Shown: piece by piece, positions 36,792 to 46,670 of the stretch
Layout: the number at the start of each line of letters is the position of its first letter
Numbering within the stretch: position 1 is the stretch's first letter
Assembly: GCA_947600025.1 (NCBI GenBank)
Contig: CANQFY010000001.1
Span: 10,130 to 74,129 of the forward strand
Length of the DNA: 64,000 bases
Direction of reading: 5' to 3'
Source: an uncultured Oscillospiraceae bacterium
Lineage (GTDB): Bacteria; Bacillota; Clostridia; Oscillospirales; Oscillospiraceae
Translations under genes and position numbers: made by a program
The notes under the pieces: model-generated
Told to the model about the DNA's origin: nothing
What the model saw: the letters and a program-made list of their open reading frames with translations, nothing else
Databases searched by the model: none

Positions 36792-36875
36792 GCGGGCATG
36801 GTGTAATGGCAGCCACGGTGGTCTTAGGAGCCACTGGAGAGATCCGTGCAGGTTCGAATCCTGTTGCCCGCACCA
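36792..36875 (+). tRNA. tRNA-Leu (anticodon UAG), class II, CCA encoded
   Basis: Acceptor GCGGGCA/TGCCCGC, anticodon stem GTGGT/GCCAC, loop CTTAGGA. Variable arm GGA-GAGA-TCC, T-loop GGTTCGAATCC, 3' ACCA. Confidence 0.93.
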
Positions 36876-36904
36876 TCTAGAGACAATAAAAAAGATATTG
36901 TCCC

Positions 36905-36933
36905 CGAAAAGCCTTGCGCCGCAAGGCTTTTCG
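36905..36933 (+). terminator. Hairpin terminator after tRNA-Leu
   Basis: CGAAAAGCCTTGCG / CGCAAGGCTTTTCG palindrome with an embedded U-tract. Confidence 0.55.
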
Positions 36934-37045
36934 GCGCTTAATGGGGTGAATTTTCGGGATTCAAAACCGTAGATATAAAATGCGTTTTTTCCGTTTTTTG
37001 TAGACTTGAACCCTCGTGGAAGCCGAATATCGCAAAAATTAAGAT

Positions 37046-37124
37046 CAGCAGGCAGGAAAAATCCCGCCTGCTGTTCGTTTTTTCAGAGCCAATCGTTTGA
37101 TTCAAACGGTCGGCTCTTTTTTTA
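37046..37124 (+). terminator. Two tandem intrinsic terminators with no upstream gene
   Basis: CAGCAGGC...GCCTGCTG followed by TTCGTTTTTT, then AGAGCC..CGTTT...AAACG..GGCTCT followed by TTTTTTT. Confidence 0.6.
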
Positions 37125-37248
37125 TTTTCTAGTAAAGGAAGTAGAATTAATTCATCATGGGACTCTTTAGCAATTTTGTCAAGAGGCTTGCGGAGCCGTT
37201 TTGGAATGGTATTCCACCGTGTCGGCTCGACATCGAATAAAAAATTTT

Positions 37249-37300
37249 CAAGGTACCTTGCAATTTTGAAAATGGCGGTGTATAATTACAAGGTACCAAG
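37249..37300 (+). promoter_or_regulatory. marR promoter flanked by two GGTACC-centred palindromes (candidate MarR operators)
   Basis: TTGCAA (37258), 17 nt spacer, TATAAT (37281). CAAGGTACCTTG overlaps -35 and CAAGGTACCAAG follows -10. Confidence 0.6.
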
Positions 37301-37320
37301 CAAATTTTCGGAGGTGGATC

Positions 37321-37875
37321 ATGAAAAACGAAAGCGGTAAAGCGGCATGGCGTGAGACCCATTATCAGTTGGCCGATACGAATGGAAAGCTCATCATCAA
37401 TCTCAGAGATGTGGGGCACATGATGCGCGGGCTGTATGAAGGCCGGGGAAGTCAGCAGCGTGTGCTGATCGTGCTGAGCGAAATGGGGGGCGCCGCCACC
37501 CAGCGGATGCTGACAGAACGGCTGCAAATCCAATCGGGCTCTGCCAGCGAAGTGATCGGAAAATTGGAAAGCGCGGGGTATATCGTCAGGACTATAAGCG
37601 AGGCCGACCGGCGGAACGTGGAGGTAGCATTGACGGAAAAAGGCCGGGAGGCCGCCGAAGAAGCGAAGCGGCAACGGGAAAAGCGGCATGAAGAGATGTT
37701 TCTCTGTCTCACGGAAACGGAAAAAGAAGAGTTGCTCGTTTTACTGGAGAAGCTGTCCTCGGATTGGGAAAAACGCTTTCCCTCGGCAGGCGCCCACTTC
37801 GAGCGTCAACATCACGGGCGGGACGGTCATCACAGGCCGCGCGGACACGACGAATTTCGGAGGAAACCGGAATGA
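37321..37875 (+). CDS. MarR-family transcriptional regulator with a basic, His-rich C-terminal tail
   Basis: Winged-helix core (LSEMGGATQRMLTERLQIQSGSASEVIGKLESAGYIVR). Stop overlaps the ABC gene start (ATGA). Confidence 0.85.
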   Translation: MKNESGKAAWRETHYQLADTNGKLIINLRDVGHMMRGLYEGRGSQQRVLIVLSEMGGAATQRMLTERLQIQSGSASEVIGKLESAGYIVRTISEADRRNVEVALTEKGREAAEEAKRQREKRHEEMFLCLTETEKEELLVLLEKLSSDWEKRFPSAGAHFERQHHGRDGHHRPRGHDEFRRKPE

Positions 37876-39611
37876 TGTGGAAATATATCCGCCGTTATCT
37901 CCCTTACGCGATTTTGGCGGGGGCTTTTATGATCGGAGAGGTTTCCATGGACCTGATCCAGCCCGGTATTATGAGCCAAATCGTGGACGACGGCGTGCTG
38001 GGGCTGAAAACCGGCGGTGTTGGAGATCTGGACCTGATTTGGAGGCTCGGCCTGCAAATGATTCTCCTCGTTCTTTTCGGCGGCCTGTGCGGTTCCTTAA
38101 ATAACGTGTTTGTCCATCTGTCCGGTCAAAACATCGGAAACGATATGCGCAAGGACTGCTTTCGGAAAATCATGACCTTTTCTTTTCCACAGATGGATCG
38201 GTTCGGAACGGGCTCCCTGGTGACCCGAATGACGAACGATATCACCCAGGTGCAGAACTTCATTTCCCAGTTTGTGCGGGGAATGATCCGGACGACGATG
38301 CTGACCTTCGGCAGTATGTACTGTATGTTTCGGCTGAGCCGGGCGTTTGGGTATGTGGTGCTGTGCGTTTTCCCGCTGATCATCGCCGTCATGGCCGTTT
38401 GTATGAAAAAAGCCGGGTCCCTGTTTACAAAACTGCAGGCCCAGCTGGATACTGTCAATTCCATCATGCAGGAGGACATCACCGGCATTCGCGTCATCAA
38501 AGCCTGCGTTCGGGAGATCTATGAAAAGCTGCGCTTTGGAAAGGCAAATGACGAGCTGATCAAGACGCAGCTCCGGGTGTTGATTATCTTTGCTTTTATG
38601 AATCCCGTTGTGAACGCCCTGATGTATCTTGCGGTAGCCGCCATATTACTGGTGGGAAACGTCAGCGTCAGCGCCGGCGGAACGACGCCGGGGAGCGTTA
38701 TGGCGGCCATTACCTACACCACGCAGCTGCTCAACGGGATGTTGATGCTGGTGATGATCTTTCAGAATATCTCACGAGGGATCGCGTCGTGGAAAAGAGT
38801 CCGGGTTATTCTAAGCAGCGCTCCGGAGCTTGTTGATGGGGAGCAGAACGGAGAGACTGCCGTGAAAGGCAGCATTGAATTTAAGGACGTCTCCTTTGCC
38901 TATCCGGGCGGCCAGACGGTGCTGGAACACATTGATTTGAAGGTCAATCCGGGCGAAACGCTGGCGCTCATGGGGGAGACGGGCTGCGGCAAAACGACCC
39001 TTGTCAGCCTGATCCCCCGTTTTTATGATGTGACCGGCGGCGCGGTACTGGTGGACGGCGTCAATGTGCGGGAATACCGGCAAACCGCTTTGCGGGATAA
39101 AATCGCCATGGCGCTGCAAAAAAGCGAGCTTTTCAGCGCTTCCGTTCAGGAAAATATATCCTGGGGCGATCCTGAGGCCGGAGAAGAAGAAATCCAATCC
39201 GCCGCAAAGGTCGCTCAGGCGGACGGCTTTATTTCCAGAATGCCGGATGGCTATCAAACAATCGTGGCGGAACGGGGCATGAGCCTCTCCGGAGGACAGA
39301 AACAGCGTGTTTCCATCGCGCGGGCTGTTCTGAAGAACGCGGAAATTCTGATCTTCGACGATTCCACCAGCGCTTTGGATTTGAAAACCGAGGCGGATCT
39401 GTACACGGCCCTCCGAAAGACCAACCCGCACACCACCAAAATCATTGTCGCGCAGCGGATCGCGTCCGCGCGGCAAGCGGATAGGATCGCCGTCCTGGAA
39501 AACGGTCATATTGTCGCCTGCGGCCCTCATGAAGAGCTTTTGGCTTCCTGTCCGGCCTACCAGGCCATTTATCAGTCTCAGATCGGAGAGGAGGACGACA
39601 ATCATGAGTGA
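37872..39611 (+). CDS. ABC exporter, fused permease/ATPase (heterodimer half 1)
   Basis: Six-transmembrane domain plus Walker A GETGCGKTT, signature LSGGQKQR, and Walker B ILIFDD. Confidence 0.92.
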   Translation: MMWKYIRRYLPYAILAGAFMIGEVSMDLIQPGIMSQIVDDGVLGLKTGGVGDLDLIWRLGLQMILLVLFGGLCGSLNNVFVHLSGQNIGNDMRKDCFRKIMTFSFPQMDRFGTGSLVTRMTNDITQVQNFISQFVRGMIRTTMLTFGSMYCMFRLSRAFGYVVLCVFPLIIAVMAVCMKKAGSLFTKLQAQLDTVNSIMQEDITGIRVIKACVREIYEKLRFGKANDELIKTQLRVLIIFAFMNPVVNALMYLAVAAILLVGNVSVSAGGTTPGSVMAAITYTTQLLNGMLMLVMIFQNISRGIASWKRVRVILSSAPELVDGEQNGETAVKGSIEFKDVSFAYPGGQTVLEHIDLKVNPGETLALMGETGCGKTTLVSLIPRFYDVTGGAVLVDGVNVREYRQTALRDKIAMALQKSELFSASVQENISWGDPEAGEEEIQSAAKVAQADGFISRMPDGYQTIVAERGMSLSGGQKQRVSIARAVLKNAEILIFDDSTSALDLKTEADLYTALRKTNPHTTKIIVAQRIASARQADRIAVLENGHIVACGPHEELLASCPAYQAIYQSQIGEEDDNHE

Positions 39612-41421
39612 ACCGAGCGATCAGAAACTGGCCAGTCGGAATATTCCCGGTATGAATCGCCATGAGCGCTTTGTGGAGGCGCAGCACGCGGAGCATCTCG
39701 GCGCCACATTGAAACGTGTTTTCGCCTATTTTGCCCGGGAAAGAGGCATGGTCCTTTTCATGCTTTCCGTTGTCATCTTTGGAACGCTTTGCGGCGTTTA
39801 CGCGCCCAGTCTGCAAAGTCAGGCCATCGACATGATCGCGGGCGTGCGGGTGGGAGATCTGTTTGGAACCGTGATCCTGATGCTCTGTATCTATTTGCTG
39901 CACAGTATGTGCCAGCTTTTACAGGGCGTCGTCAGCGCGCGGCTCAGCCAGCGGGTCGTGAAGCATATGCGGGAGGAGCTTTTTGCCAAGCTCGTGGATC
40001 TGCCGGTGCGCTATCTGGATACCCATTCCCATGGCGACGTGATGAGCCGCATGACCAATGATATTGAGAACATTTCCACCACGGTTTCCCAATCGCTTCC
40101 CTCGCTCTTTTCCGGCGTGCTGACGATCATCGGCACCGTCGCCATTATGATGTGGTACTGCTGGCAGTTGGCGCTCCTCAGCTTCGCTACCGTTCTGTTG
40201 ACGCTGCTCGCGACAAAAATCCTTTCGGGCAGGGTACGAAAATTCTCCCGAAAGCGGCAGCAATTGTTGGGGCAGCTCAATGGGACAGTGGAAGAGATGG
40301 TCTCCGGCTACCGTACCGTGGTGGCTTATAACCGTCAGGAGAAAACAACGGAGGATTTCTGCCAAACCGCCGATTCCCTTACAAAGGTCGGCATCAAAAC
40401 CGACATTTTCAGCGGCGTGATGGGGCCGGTCATGAACTGCATCGGAAACATCGGATTTGTGATTATCGCGGCATTCGGAGGATATTTCTCTATCCATGGA
40501 CTGATCTCCATCGGCGTGATCTCCGCGTTTATTGTGTACGCGAAGCAATTCAGCCGCCCGATCAATGAACTGGCCCAGGTCTACGGCCAGCTTCAAACCG
40601 CGATTGCCGGCGCGGAGCGGGTGTTTACGGTCCTGGACGAGATCGATGAAGATCAGTCCGGTGAAAAGCTGGAAGAAAACGAGCAGATGGCAGTTTCCTT
40701 CCAAAATGTAAATTTCTCCTACGAACCGGGGCACTCCGTCATACAGGATTTTACTTTGACCGTTCCCTCCGGAAAAAAGGTGGCGCTGGTGGGCGCAACC
40801 GGCAGCGGCAAGACCACGATCGTCAATCTTTTAATGCGCTTTTACGATGTCGAAAGCGGCAAAATTTGTATCAACGGGCAGGATATCTCCACTGTATCCC
40901 GGGACGACCTGAGAAAAAGCATGGCCATTGTCCTGCAGGACACCGTTCTTTTTTCCGATACCCTGCGGCAAAACATGAAGTATGGGAACGAGGCGGCCTC
41001 GGATGCGCAAATTGCGAATGCCATGCAAATGAGCCGCTGCGATGATTTACCCAGGCGACTGCCCAATGGCCTGGAATCCGTTCTCGTCAATTCTGGGGAA
41101 AACATCAGTCAGGGGCAGCGGCAGCTCCTGGCGATTGCCCGCGCTTTTGTCGCCGACCCGAAAATCCTGATTTTGGATGAGGCCACTTCCAATGTGGACA
41201 CCCGCACGGAAAAAGCCATACAGGACGCCATGCAGCGCGTGATGAAGGACCGCACCAGCATCGTCATTGCGCATCGCCTCTCCACCATCCGTGACTCCGA
41301 CATCATCGTCGTCATGGATCACGGGCAAATCGTAGAAAGCGGCAGCCATGACCAGCTTCTGGCGCGAAAGGGAACATACTATGCGCTTTACATGACGCAG
41401 TACGCGGGGTTCGCAACATAA
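39604..41421 (+). CDS. ABC exporter, fused permease/ATPase (heterodimer half 2)
   Basis: Walker A GATGSGKTT, signature ISQGQRQL, Walker B ILILDEATS. Overlaps the upstream partner. Confidence 0.92.
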   Translation: MSEPSDQKLASRNIPGMNRHERFVEAQHAEHLGATLKRVFAYFARERGMVLFMLSVVIFGTLCGVYAPSLQSQAIDMIAGVRVGDLFGTVILMLCIYLLHSMCQLLQGVVSARLSQRVVKHMREELFAKLVDLPVRYLDTHSHGDVMSRMTNDIENISTTVSQSLPSLFSGVLTIIGTVAIMMWYCWQLALLSFATVLLTLLATKILSGRVRKFSRKRQQLLGQLNGTVEEMVSGYRTVVAYNRQEKTTEDFCQTADSLTKVGIKTDIFSGVMGPVMNCIGNIGFVIIAAFGGYFSIHGLISIGVISAFIVYAKQFSRPINELAQVYGQLQTAIAGAERVFTVLDEIDEDQSGEKLEENEQMAVSFQNVNFSYEPGHSVIQDFTLTVPSGKKVALVGATGSGKTTIVNLLMRFYDVESGKICINGQDISTVSRDDLRKSMAIVLQDTVLFSDTLRQNMKYGNEAASDAQIANAMQMSRCDDLPRRLPNGLESVLVNSGENISQGQRQLLAIARAFVADPKILILDEATSNVDTRTEKAIQDAMQRVMKDRTSIVIAHRLSTIRDSDIIVVMDHGQIVESGSHDQLLARKGTYYALYMTQYAGFAT

Positions 41422-41468
41422 ATGATTGGCCTGGTTCAAACATCTATTGGAATTTTACAGCGCCCATG

Positions 41469-41508
41469 GTATAATAGCCGCAAGGCGGCTATTATACTTT
41501 GATTTTTA
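41469..41508 (+). terminator. Intrinsic terminator after the ABC pair
   Basis: 13-bp stem (GTATAATAGCCGC / GCGGCTATTATAC) followed by TTTGATTTTT. Confidence 0.8.
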
Positions 41509-41719
41509 GTCCTTTTTCTCCCGCCCTCCGGGCGGAACCGAAAAAGATGACACATTATACCATTCCGCTGCGCTTTATGGTATAATTGTACCTGCTGGAA
41601 TGTGCTTCGCCATTTGCGTATTCCACACAGATTCCAAAGAACCGCCACGCCCATTCCTCATTCATGGTTTATCCTATGATCACTGGCGAAGGCCAGAATC
41701 ATGAAAGGTGGTAGAAACC

Positions 41720-42214
41720 ATGAAGAGGAAAAGAATTGCGCTATCCGTTGTCGTCGCGGCCCTTGTACTGTCGCTGGGATGTGTGACCGTGTTTGCCGCC
41801 GAATCCGACGCGTTCAGCGATCTGACCGGCAAACAGGCAGATGCCCAGTACGAGGACGATACCGAGGATAAGACCGGCTACACCACAGGACAGAAAGCCG
41901 GCGCGTCCTATGCCCCGGAAGCCGAGGATGGAAGCGCGTACAGCTATCTGACCGGACAGCAGAACGGCGCCAATCGCAACGATCTGTACGCCCAAGCCGA
42001 GGAACTCCCCGAAGACGAGCAGGACGCTTTCTTAGCGGAAAACGGCATTGGGGAAACGCCTTGGTCCGAAGAAGCGGCGGCGTCTTACAGCTACGTTGGC
42101 GGGCAGCAGAGAGGCGCGTCTTACCGGCAGGACGATGACGCGGATGCCTCTCAGGATATGTCCGGGTACAGCTATGTTGGCGGGCAGCGGCGCGGCTCCA
42201 GCTATCACAAGTAA
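41720..42214 (+). CDS. Secreted acidic protein with four (S/G)Y(S/T)Y-x-GGQ(Q/R)RGxSY-type repeats; function unknown
   Basis: The ATG at 41720 gives a signal peptide (MKRKRIALSVVVAALVLSLGCVTVFA). The repeats are visible in both protein and DNA. Confidence 0.7.
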   Translation: MKRKRIALSVVVAALVLSLGCVTVFAAESDAFSDLTGKQADAQYEDDTEDKTGYTTGQKAGASYAPEAEDGSAYSYLTGQQNGANRNDLYAQAEELPEDEQDAFLAENGIGETPWSEEAAASYSYVGGQQRGASYRQDDDADASQDMSGYSYVGGQRRGSSYHK

Positions 42215-42228
42215 TTCATCGCAAAATG

Positions 42229-42259
42229 GCAAACCGTCCGAGGGGCGGTTTGCGTTTTG
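42229..42259 (+). terminator. Hairpin terminator after the repeat-protein gene
   Basis: GCAAACCG / CGGTTTGC stem followed by GTTTTG. Confidence 0.55.
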
Positions 42260-42279
42260 CGCTGTATAGGAGGAAAATC

Positions 42280-42777
42280 ATGGCTTACCTATTGGCTGTC
42301 GATGACGAAAGGGATATTGTAGAACTGATTTCCCGTTTTGCGGAGCATGAGGGGCATAGAATCGACACTGCGGACAGCGGCAAAGAAGCAGTGCGTTTAT
42401 GCAGTGAAAACGACTATGACCTGATCATTCTCGACATTATGATGCCGGAGATGGACGGGTTCACCGCCTGCAAGGAGATCCGCAAACAGAAACAAACGCC
42501 CGTTATCATGCTATCGGCACTTGGCACCGAGTACGACAAGCTGATGGGCTTTGAACTGGGCATCGACGATTATGTGGTAAAGCCATTTTCCCCACGGGAA
42601 TTGATGGCGCGGGTCAAGGCGGTGCTTGCGAGGCACACCGAGGGGAAACCGAAACAGGAAATCGTGATCCAGGGGCTTCGCGTGGACACCCGCTCCCATG
42701 AGGTCTTTGTGGACGGCGTAAAGACGGAACTGACCGCGAAGGAGTATCCCCTTCTTGTTTTTACTCGCTGTACCTGA
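42280..42777 (+). pseudogene. OmpR-type response regulator truncated inside the winged-helix domain
   Basis: The receiver domain is intact (DLIILDIMMPEMDG). The output domain stops after LTAKEYPLLVF and lacks the recognition helix. Confidence 0.7.
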
Positions 42778-43403
42778 GGGCCTCGATGGGCGGCTTCGCC
42801 GACCTGCTGCTGGAGGACGAGGAGATGGACCCGGCGGAGCGGCGGGAATATCTCCAGATCATCAGCGAGGAGGCCCACCGGCTGGCGGAGCTGGCCAACA
42901 ATGTGCTGGCGTTGGGGCGGGTAGAGGCCCAGACGATCCTCACCGGCGTGACCGAATTTGATCTGACGGAGCAGCTTCGTCAGGTGATCCTTCTCATGGA
43001 GCAGAAGTGGCGCTCCAAGCAGATTGATATCCGGTTCGACGGGGAGGAGCTGATGTGTTCCGGAAACGAGGCCCAACTGAAAGAGGTATGGGTGAATCTG
43101 CTGGACAACGCGGTCAAATTCTCGCCCCCAGGCGGGACGGTGGAGCTGACGCTGAAACAGGAGGGCGGCGACCTGGTGGCCGCCATCCAGGACGAGGGCC
43201 CCGGCATGGAGGAGAGCGTCCAGGCCCACATCTTTGACCAGTTCTATCAGGGCGACACCTCCCATCGGACGGAGGGGAACGGGCTGGGGCTGACCATCGT
43301 CCGCCGGATCGTCACCCTCCACGGAGGAGAGGTGGGCGTGGAGAGCGCGCCGGAGAATGGCAGCGTGTTTACCGTGCGGCTGCCACAGAAACGAGGGGGC
43401 TGA
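42762..43403 (+). pseudogene. Histidine kinase remnant (partial dimerisation region plus HATPase_c; no sensor, transmembrane segment or phospho-His)
   Basis: N-box NLLDNAVKF and G-boxes DEGPGM / GNGLGLTIV are present. The frame opens only at the junction with the truncated regulator. Confidence 0.7.
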
Positions 43404-43546
43404 ACCGTTGCCGCTCTGCCAACCAGGCACTGAAAAGGACCAATTAGGAACTTTCGCCCCCGTTCTATTTATTTCTTATATAATAAAGGTAGCTGCCGTG
43501 TAAACTGGGCGTATTTTTATGCGGTGATTTTTGTAGGAGGGATATC

Positions 43547-46500
43547 ATGAAGAAAAACGGACAGAAAAGCGGAAAAGGGAAAAAGGCCGTCGTGATCGTG
43601 GTCACCTCGATCATTCTGGTGCTTTTGCTGGTCGTGAACATCGCCTGTGGAATGTTCGCGGACATGCTCACCGGTATGCTGGCGGGCAGCGGTGAATCGG
43701 AACAGCTCCAGGCGGCCCGGCAGACCAGCGCGGCTCTTGCCGAGCAGATCGAGGGCGAGGGCATCGTGATGGTCCAGAACAACAACGGGGTGCTTCCGCT
43801 GAGCAAGACCGACTCCGCCAAGGTCAATGTGTTTGGCTGGTCCGCCACCCAGTGGGTCCGAGGCGGCAGCGGCTCCGGCCAGGTGCAGCAGCCCGGCGAC
43901 GGCAGCGCCCCCGTGGGGATTCTGGAGGCGCTGAAAGCCGCCGGCATCGAGTACAATGAAGAGCTCATCAACATGTACACCAATTATCTCGGGGAGCGCC
44001 CCTTTGCCGCCAATGGCGCGCTGAACACCTGGAGCTATCAGTTCTCCCGGCTGTATGAGCCGTCCATCGACGATAGCAGTTATTACACCGACAGCCTGCT
44101 CCAGAACGCGGAGGCCTATTCCGACACGGCCCTGGTGGTTCTTGGCCGGGTGTCCGGCGAGAGCAACGATCTGCCCAAGGTGCAGTACAAGGGCGCCTTT
44201 GACGCCACGGCCCACGCCAACGGCACCGATAATCAGGACGCCACCCGCACCTATCTGGAGATCTCCACGGAGGAAGAGGAGCTGCTGAAATATGTAGGCG
44301 CCCACTATGACAAGGTCATTGTCATTATCAACTCCACCAACACCATGGAGCTGGGCTTCCTGGAGACCATCGAGGGACTGGACGCCTGCCTGATTGTGGG
44401 CGGCACCGGCTGGACCGGCGCCAACGCCATCCCCAAGGTGCTCTACGGCGACATCACCCCCTCCGGCCATTTGGTGGACACCTATCCCTATGATCTGGCC
44501 ACCATCGCCAGCTACGCGAACTCCGGCGGCTTTGAGGGGGAAGGCTACTATACCAATGCCACCAGCAGCATGTATCCGATGATCGTCACCAACGGCAACG
44601 TAGGCGACAATACCACCCCCTATCAGGGCGTGGCCTATGTAGACTATGTGGAGAATATCTATGTGGGCTACAAGTGGTTCGAGACGGCGGACGCCGAGGG
44701 CTATTGGGACAATGTCTCCAACGAGTACGGCACCGGCTATGAGGGCGTGGTGCAGTATCCCTTCGGCTATGGCCTGAGCTACACCACGTTCTCCTGGGAA
44801 GTGACGGAGATCTCCCAGGAAGCGGGGGCCACCCTGGGCAAGGACGACACCATCACCATGACCGTCCGAGTGACCAACGACGGCAGCGCGCCCGGCCAGG
44901 ACGTGGTCCAGCTCTACTTCACCGCCCCCTATATCAAGGGTGAGATCGAGAAGTCCTCCGTGGTGCTGGCCGACTACGCCAAGACCCCGGTCATCGAGCC
45001 GGGCGCTTCCGCGGACGTGACCCTGTCCTTCAAGGTGGAGGATATGGCCTCGTATGACGCCTATGATCTGAACAACAACGGCTTCGCGGGCTATGAGCTG
45101 GACGCGGGCGCTTATCAGATCAGCCTCCGCAGCGACGCCCACACGGTCAAAGCCGCCGGGAACACCGAAGGCGGCGTGATCACCTATCAGATCGAGACCA
45201 CCCGCTATGAGACCGACCCCATCACCGGGGCGGTGGTGTCCAACAAGTTCACCGGCAGCGATGCCATGGATGGCATTTCCGTTGACGGCAGCGATTCCGG
45301 CGCCCAGATCGCCTGGCTGTCCCGGGCTGATTTCGCGGGCACCTTCCCCGCGGCGCTGGCTCCCAACCGGGAGATGACCCAGAACCTGATCGACACCAAC
45401 CTCTACACCGAGGCGGACGCCCAGGCGTGGATCGACAGCAGCGACGAACCCGTGACCTATAACGCCGGCAACGGTCTGTCCGTCACCAACGCGGACGGCA
45501 CGGTCAGCGAACTGGGCCTGGCTCTGGGCGCGGACTACGACGATCCCCGCTGGGAGGAGCTGCTGGATCAGCTGGATAAGACCGAGGCCCTCACCATGGT
45601 GCTCAACGGCTACGCCTCCAACGGGGGCGCCGCCTCCATTGGCAAGCCCGGCACGGTGGACCTGGACGGCCCCAACCAGATCGGCAGCTTTGGCATGGCC
45701 ATGATGTACGGCGTTGGCACCGGCTTCCCCAGCGCCACCGTGCTTGGCCAGACCTTCAACAAGGACCTGGCCTATGAAATGGGCCTGTCTCTGGGCAGAG
45801 AAGGCGTGAACATGGGCATCAACGGCTGGTATGGCCCCGCCATCAATATGCACCGCAGCCCCTTCGGCGGCAGAAACTTTGAGTACTATTCCGAGGACGC
45901 CTACGTCTCCGGCATCATGGCCGCCAACGCTGTGCGGGGCGCCAAAAACGCTGGGATGTACGTCTATCTGAAGCACCTGGCCCTCTATGAGCAGGAGTGG
46001 AACCGTGACGGCATCTATACCTGGATCACGGAGCAGGCCCTCCGGGAGGTCTATCTGAAGCCCTTCCAGCTGGCCATCCAGGTGGGCGGCGCCAACGGCA
46101 TCATGACCTCCTACAACCGTATCGGCGCCATCTGGGCCGGCGGCAGCGAGGCCCTGATCAGTGACGAAGGCGTGCTCCGGGGCGAATGGGGCTTCCGCGG
46201 CGCGGTCCTCACGGACTATTGCGACCACCACGAGTACATGAACGGCGACCATCAGTTCCGCTCCGGCGGCGACCTGTGGATGAGCGGCTTCTTTGTGGCC
46301 GGAATGTTTGGCAATCCCGCGGAGCTTACCTATGAGACGGACTCCAACACCTTTAACCAGAGGCTTCGCAGCGCGGTGAAGAACAACACCTATATGTACC
46401 TCAGCGCCCAGTATGCCAACTCGCTCTACAACGCCGATACCAGCCATGATCCCATCACGCCGCCGGTGCGTACCGAGCCCTTCGCCTGGTGGATCATCGT

Positions 46501-46582
46501 CCTGGTCGTGGTGGACCTGGCAGCTGTGGCGGGCTGCGGCGCCTGGCTGTACTTCACCTTCCGCAAAAAGAAAACGGCTTGA
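43547..46582 (+). CDS. Glycoside hydrolase family 3 (beta-glucosidase/xylosidase-like) with N- and C-terminal transmembrane anchors
   Basis: GH3 motifs (SDAMDGISV region, FGYGLSYTTFSW) and hydrophobic termini. Confidence 0.88.
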   Translation: MKKNGQKSGKGKKAVVIVVTSIILVLLLVVNIACGMFADMLTGMLAGSGESEQLQAARQTSAALAEQIEGEGIVMVQNNNGVLPLSKTDSAKVNVFGWSATQWVRGGSGSGQVQQPGDGSAPVGILEALKAAGIEYNEELINMYTNYLGERPFAANGALNTWSYQFSRLYEPSIDDSSYYTDSLLQNAEAYSDTALVVLGRVSGESNDLPKVQYKGAFDATAHANGTDNQDATRTYLEISTEEEELLKYVGAHYDKVIVIINSTNTMELGFLETIEGLDACLIVGGTGWTGANAIPKVLYGDITPSGHLVDTYPYDLATIASYANSGGFEGEGYYTNATSSMYPMIVTNGNVGDNTTPYQGVAYVDYVENIYVGYKWFETADAEGYWDNVSNEYGTGYEGVVQYPFGYGLSYTTFSWEVTEISQEAGATLGKDDTITMTVRVTNDGSAPGQDVVQLYFTAPYIKGEIEKSSVVLADYAKTPVIEPGASADVTLSFKVEDMASYDAYDLNNNGFAGYELDAGAYQISLRSDAHTVKAAGNTEGGVITYQIETTRYETDPITGAVVSNKFTGSDAMDGISVDGSDSGAQIAWLSRADFAGTFPAALAPNREMTQNLIDTNLYTEADAQAWIDSSDEPVTYNAGNGLSVTNADGTVSELGLALGADYDDPRWEELLDQLDKTEALTMVLNGYASNGGAASIGKPGTVDLDGPNQIGSFGMAMMYGVGTGFPSATVLGQTFNKDLAYEMGLSLGREGVNMGINGWYGPAINMHRSPFGGRNFEYYSEDAYVSGIMAANAVRGAKNAGMYVYLKHLALYEQEWNRDGIYTWITEQALREVYLKPFQLAIQVGGANGIMTSYNRIGAIWAGGSEALISDEGVLRGEWGFRGAVLTDYCDHHEYMNGDHQFRSGGDLWMSGFFVAGMFGNPAELTYETDSNTFNQRLRSAVKNNTYMYLSAQYANSLYNADTSHDPITPPVRTEPFAWWIIVLVVVDLAAVAGCGAWLYFTFRKKKTA

Positions 46583-46670
46583 TCCTCTTTATCTCCATAG
46601 GGCCTGGTTGGGGAATTTCCCATCGCCAACCAGGCCCGGACCAAAGTAAAAAACACATATATACGGACCA

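Noticed and set aside
37147-37689. 180-aa minus-strand ORF overlapping marR.
   Set aside because: It overlaps the well-supported MarR gene on the opposite strand. It lacks a ribosome-binding site and has no recognisable motifs.
43517-46447. 976-aa minus-strand ORF opposite the GH3 gene.
   Set aside because: The antisense frame of a clearly homologous GH3 gene. It has no ribosome-binding site, and its Gly/Ala/Val/His-rich composition is not protein-like.
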